Below, piece by piece: positions 60,258-64,000 of a stretch of DNA of 64,000 nucleotides; position 1 is the first letter of the stretch, and each line of letters opens with the position of its first letter. The stretch lies in the NCBI GenBank assembly GCA_013265495.1, contig MU061578.1, positions 257,308-321,307 of the forward strand, given 5' to 3'. This DNA comes from Vicugna vicugna (Eukaryota). A program made the translations under genes and the position numbers. The notes under the pieces are model-generated. The model was not told the DNA's origin and did no database searches. It worked only from the letters and a program-made list of their open reading frames with translations.

Positions 60258-62634
60258 AGGGTTCATGTGTATTTTCTTATCTGTAAAACAGAAATGCCCT
60301 ATACAGTGCTTTGAATCTCTTTTCCACTTAATAAATCTTAGCAATCTCATTCTTTTTTAATAGCACTATACGATTTCACTCTATATACATGGCATATTTT
60401 AATCAATCTACTTTGGACAAGATCCTTTCAAATTTCTACTATAAAAAGTCATTGCAATAAGCATTTTTGTACTTATAATTTGCTTTGGGTGGAAACTCAA
60501 GAAAGGTTGAGAAAATGACTCCAATGACCTCTCCAGTGTGGGTTGAGATTTTGTATCCAGATAGCGTCCTCCACTGCCTTAAGGATTCCTGCTTGGCATC
60601 TAAGCACATGGCAAGAGGAAAAAATTGCAAAGAACCTAGCTTTCTGAGAATTCTTAATATCCAGGATGGAAATCCATTTACTTCCAAAGAAAAATTTCAA
60701 CCTCATCTCCCAAATTTTCCTCCAGTTTGGATACAACAAAGCCTCCTTTTAGTTAAGAAAATGGATCATTATCATCACCCCCTTTCTGCCTCCTGGGAAT
60801 GATTCTGTTCAGGTCCATAATCCTCTTTTAGTTTGGTGAAGGGTAATAGCTTTCCCCACACCCAGGTAAAGCAGAATAAACCAAATCTTCTCTTACGCTC
60901 CCACTACATTTCTTCCTACCTGTTGAGAGACCAAGGATATCTAAGGACTTCCTCTACCTGTAGTGGAACGGCATAAGGAGTGTGGTGGTAGAACATTCTC
61001 CTGTACTGATTGTGAGTGGCCGAATGTCTACCCCAGTGTCAGCTAGAGTGAGACTTCAGCGTGGAAATTCCCAAACTGTTGCCAAGGTGAGAGTCCATGG
61101 TCACAATTATGGAACCAGGTGTAAGGGGTGAGGCAAAGCTGAAAAGAGGCAGGTAAATAACAAAAATGGGAGCTGAACAGTTTGGGGAGGCAGTGGGGGA
61201 AGCACAGCACCAATGGGCAGTCTTTCTGTACAGCCGGGGGGTGTCTGGCTGGTATAAAAAAGCTGGGCAGGCTCAGATTACTCCTTGTCACATATCACCC
61301 TGGCTGTATGTCAGAGTGTTTGTCTTTACGACTGATCTGTGAGATCCTTGAGGTCAGGGGCTGTATTTTATTCCCTAGTGCTCAACAAGGGTCTGGCTCA
61401 CCATAGGTGCTGAAGCTGCACTGTGTTAACTGAAAACAGTGCATGTCAGCGGTGTTCTGCATCAACCTCTGGGTTAAAACAAAACGCCATGTCTTTGGAC
61501 TTTACTTGATCAGAATCCTTACTAGATCAGAATCTCAGGGACAAGTTCTGAGAATTAGCTGTTTACACAAGATGACTGGTTGGTTTTTATGCATCCAGCT
61601 CTCTACTTCTCTGTGGTTGCAGTTATGGAAGCCATCACTTTATATAGATTATGGTTTTCATTTTCCTTAGTGTCCTGTGATGGCAAATGTGACATCTTTA
61701 GACTGTTCTGGTCAGCTTCCCCTCATCAGGGACTGCAGGAGGATTTTGTAACATTTTCCCATGGAAAGCCAGAAGAAGGTACGTTTCTTTCTTTCCCATG
61801 GATCCAGGCTATGGACAGGCTGCAGCCTGGGTGTGCTTGGGTATTCGTCCCCTAAAGTCACATTCCTTCCGAGATATTTACAATGGCAGAGATAATGGGT
61901 TATTGATGAACCAATCAGCTGGGATGGCCCCTGGTGAATTAGCTGTTGGCCACTGGCCTGCCTGGAATAAAGAACTATTGCTGAACTCAGCAGAAGCTGG
62001 GAAAGGTCTAAATCACACCTATCACTTCCTGCAATGCCAGTAATCTCTGTTAAAGGTGCTACCACAGCCAATTCCTCATACAGGGGAAGCAACTTATTTA
62101 ATTTATAGTTAAATGAAAGCTTGGTGCTTTGGAGTCGGACAGGTGAGGGTTTTGCTCCTGGCCCTTCTTTTCCACCCAAGCTATGTAACCAGATGTAAGC
62201 TACCCAGCCATCATAGACGAGTTTCAGCTCTGTGAAAAGATAACCCTGTTACTGACTTTGCAGCATTGCCATAAATAGTACATGAAATGGTGAATGGAGA
62301 ACACGTTATAGCTTACAAAGGACTTTCACACACACTATCTCATTTAACTTTCACTGTAATCCTATGAGGTATGTATCATTAGCTCATTTTTACACGTACA
62401 TATTACTAGGTTCAGAGGCTTTGGGTATCTTACTCAAGAATCAATCCCTTCCTCACCCTCATGACACACACATTTTATAGATGAGGAAACAAATATTCCA
62501 GAGGGCACATGATTTGTCCAAGGACACATATGACCAATAAATGGTCAGGTCAGGGGCTTCCTAGAAGACTTAAAATAAAATCTAAACTACATACATTGGC
62601 CTTCAAGGACCTGGTTTCTATTTGTCTCTCTAAT

Positions 62635-63009
62635 TATGGAAGCTTGAAAAAATGGCCCCAATTCTTCATTCGTAATCAGGTCCTTTACCATGTCATACCA
62701 TAGTACCCTCCTCTGACTCTGAGCTCAGCCACATCACTTGCTTTGTGGCTGATAAATAATAAAATGTGGTATGACAGTTCTGAGTCCACACTTCAATGGG
62801 CATTGCATGCCTCCATGCATCACTGAGTCTTTGCCACTTGTCATGAGAACCTGTCTGGGCCAGGATGCTGAAGGATGAGAGACTCATGGAGTAGAACTTA
62901 GAGCTGATCCTGAGCCCTCCTGATATATCAGCAACAGACATTGTTGCAGACCACTGGCATCTGCGCTTGTTTGTTACAAGGCAATGTTATGCCAAAGATA
63001 GCTGATACA
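62635..63009 (+). mobile_element. MLT1H-like LTR inserted into an L2 (L2 ~62560-62634 and ~63010-63455)
   Basis: 'aaaatggccccaattctt...gagctcagccacatcacttgctttg...ttgtttgttacaaggcaatgttatgccaaagatagctgataca'; L2-like sequence on both sides. Confidence 0.75.
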
Positions 63010-64000
63010 CTAACACCTTGGAGTGCTCACTTCCTCACTCACTGTGCCACATCCACACTGGCTTTTATTCATTCCTCAGACATGTTGTTTCTCCTTTCTG
63101 CCCCTGTGTGGATGTGCTGCTTTGCCTGCAATGCTCCCCTCCTCACTGTTTCTGCACAACTCTTCAGCTCTCATCCTCAAACTCTTAGGCTGACTGTTAC
63201 CTCCTTAGAGAGCACTCGCCTGACTGTTATGTCTGAATTAGGTCATTGTACATATTCTCTGTACTCTATCTCTCTACATCATAGACTTTATTCCAATTTA
63301 TATGCATACGATAATTTTCTTAGCTTAATGAGGTCTGTGATGATAGGACTGGTGGCTGGACATTTTACTCACATCTCTATTCTTAGCACCTTACACAATG
63401 CCTGGTACAGAGCATGTACTCTGTACATAATTGGTGAATAAATGGATATAAGAATGAGCAAATTGGCAGAGCTAAGATTTCAACTCTCCACTCTTCCCTC
63501 TCTTCCTTCCATGCCATAATCATGGCATTATTGGAGGTTTATCTTTTTTGGAGAGCCCTATCTAAAATGCACAATTCCCTGATCATGTTCAGTCTGTTTA
63601 GCTAGCAACTTTTTATCAGTTTATATTCAAGTGAGCAACTTAACATTGTAAGGATTAGCTGACAGTTGACTGAGAGAAAATATGGGAAAACAACTCAGGG
63701 TAGACTGTAACTTAAACAGATGAAAGTTTCAGGAGAAAAGAATGGAAATCCAAGACCATGGGAGGAACAGATCTTGGATTTAGCCATGCCCTCATTCTAC
63801 ATGGGGGGCAATTCTGGCTCCTGTTGCCAGCTCTTGTTGCAGCAACTGGCTGCCATGTTGAGGACTCCAGATTTATTCTGGGGGAGAGACACATGGATGG
63901 TGGAGTGATTCCCAACTTCTTGTAGACACGCATTTCTACCTGGGTCACTAGTCCCTACCTTCTAGGACCCAGAGCTTAACATACTTATGACCTTGCTGCC

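Noticed and set aside
61712..62179. 155-aa minus-strand ORF
   Set aside because: It begins in a MIR, has a non-ATG start and shows no recognisable homology or exon structure.
62941..63441. Longest ORF in the track (166 aa)
   Set aside because: It lies across an MLT1H LTR end and an L2 fragment, starts at a non-ATG codon and has no recognisable domain.
63746..63781. Perfect 10-bp inverted repeat AAATCCAAGA/TCTTGGATTT with a 16-nt loop
   Set aside because: About one such stem is expected by chance in 64 kb, and there is no other support.
1..64000. Inferring a host gene strand from repeat orientation
   Set aside because: Old L1s are mostly on the minus strand while LTRs are mostly on the plus strand, so the signals conflict, and no exon was found.

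Overview
This is mammalian (eutherian) non-coding DNA, intergenic or deep intronic. I found no recognisable protein-coding exon, RNA gene or CpG-island promoter, and the ORF track is consistent with noise. Much of the window is decayed interspersed repeats: MIR, L2, old L1M, MaLR/ERVL/ERV1 solo LTRs and hAT/Tc2 MITEs. Three younger L1 3' fragments look cetartiodactyl-type, and with no ruminant, pig or whale SINEs visible this points tentatively to a camelid. I did not find a novel multi-gene system. The most unusual structures are: (1) a ~270-bp, ~90%-identical local inverted duplication (46739-47009 / 47590-47859); (2) a ~190-bp imperfect palindrome next to a perfect STAT/GAS site (~23587-23828); (3) a MER41-like solo LTR with eroded GAS motifs but a near-intact RFX X-box (33322-33920); (4) a decayed 19-bp minisatellite apparently built from a MIR/L3 tail (36169-36405); (5) a 5'-inverted old L1 nested inside a MER94 (55191-55669); (6) an orphan ERV-L pol fragment (15571-15800). 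There is also a CTCF-like site with local CpG retention and several enhancer-like unique blocks. All repeat family names were assigned by eye from remembered consensus sequences and need RepeatMasker/Dfam confirmation. Boundaries without target-site duplications (TSDs) are approximate.
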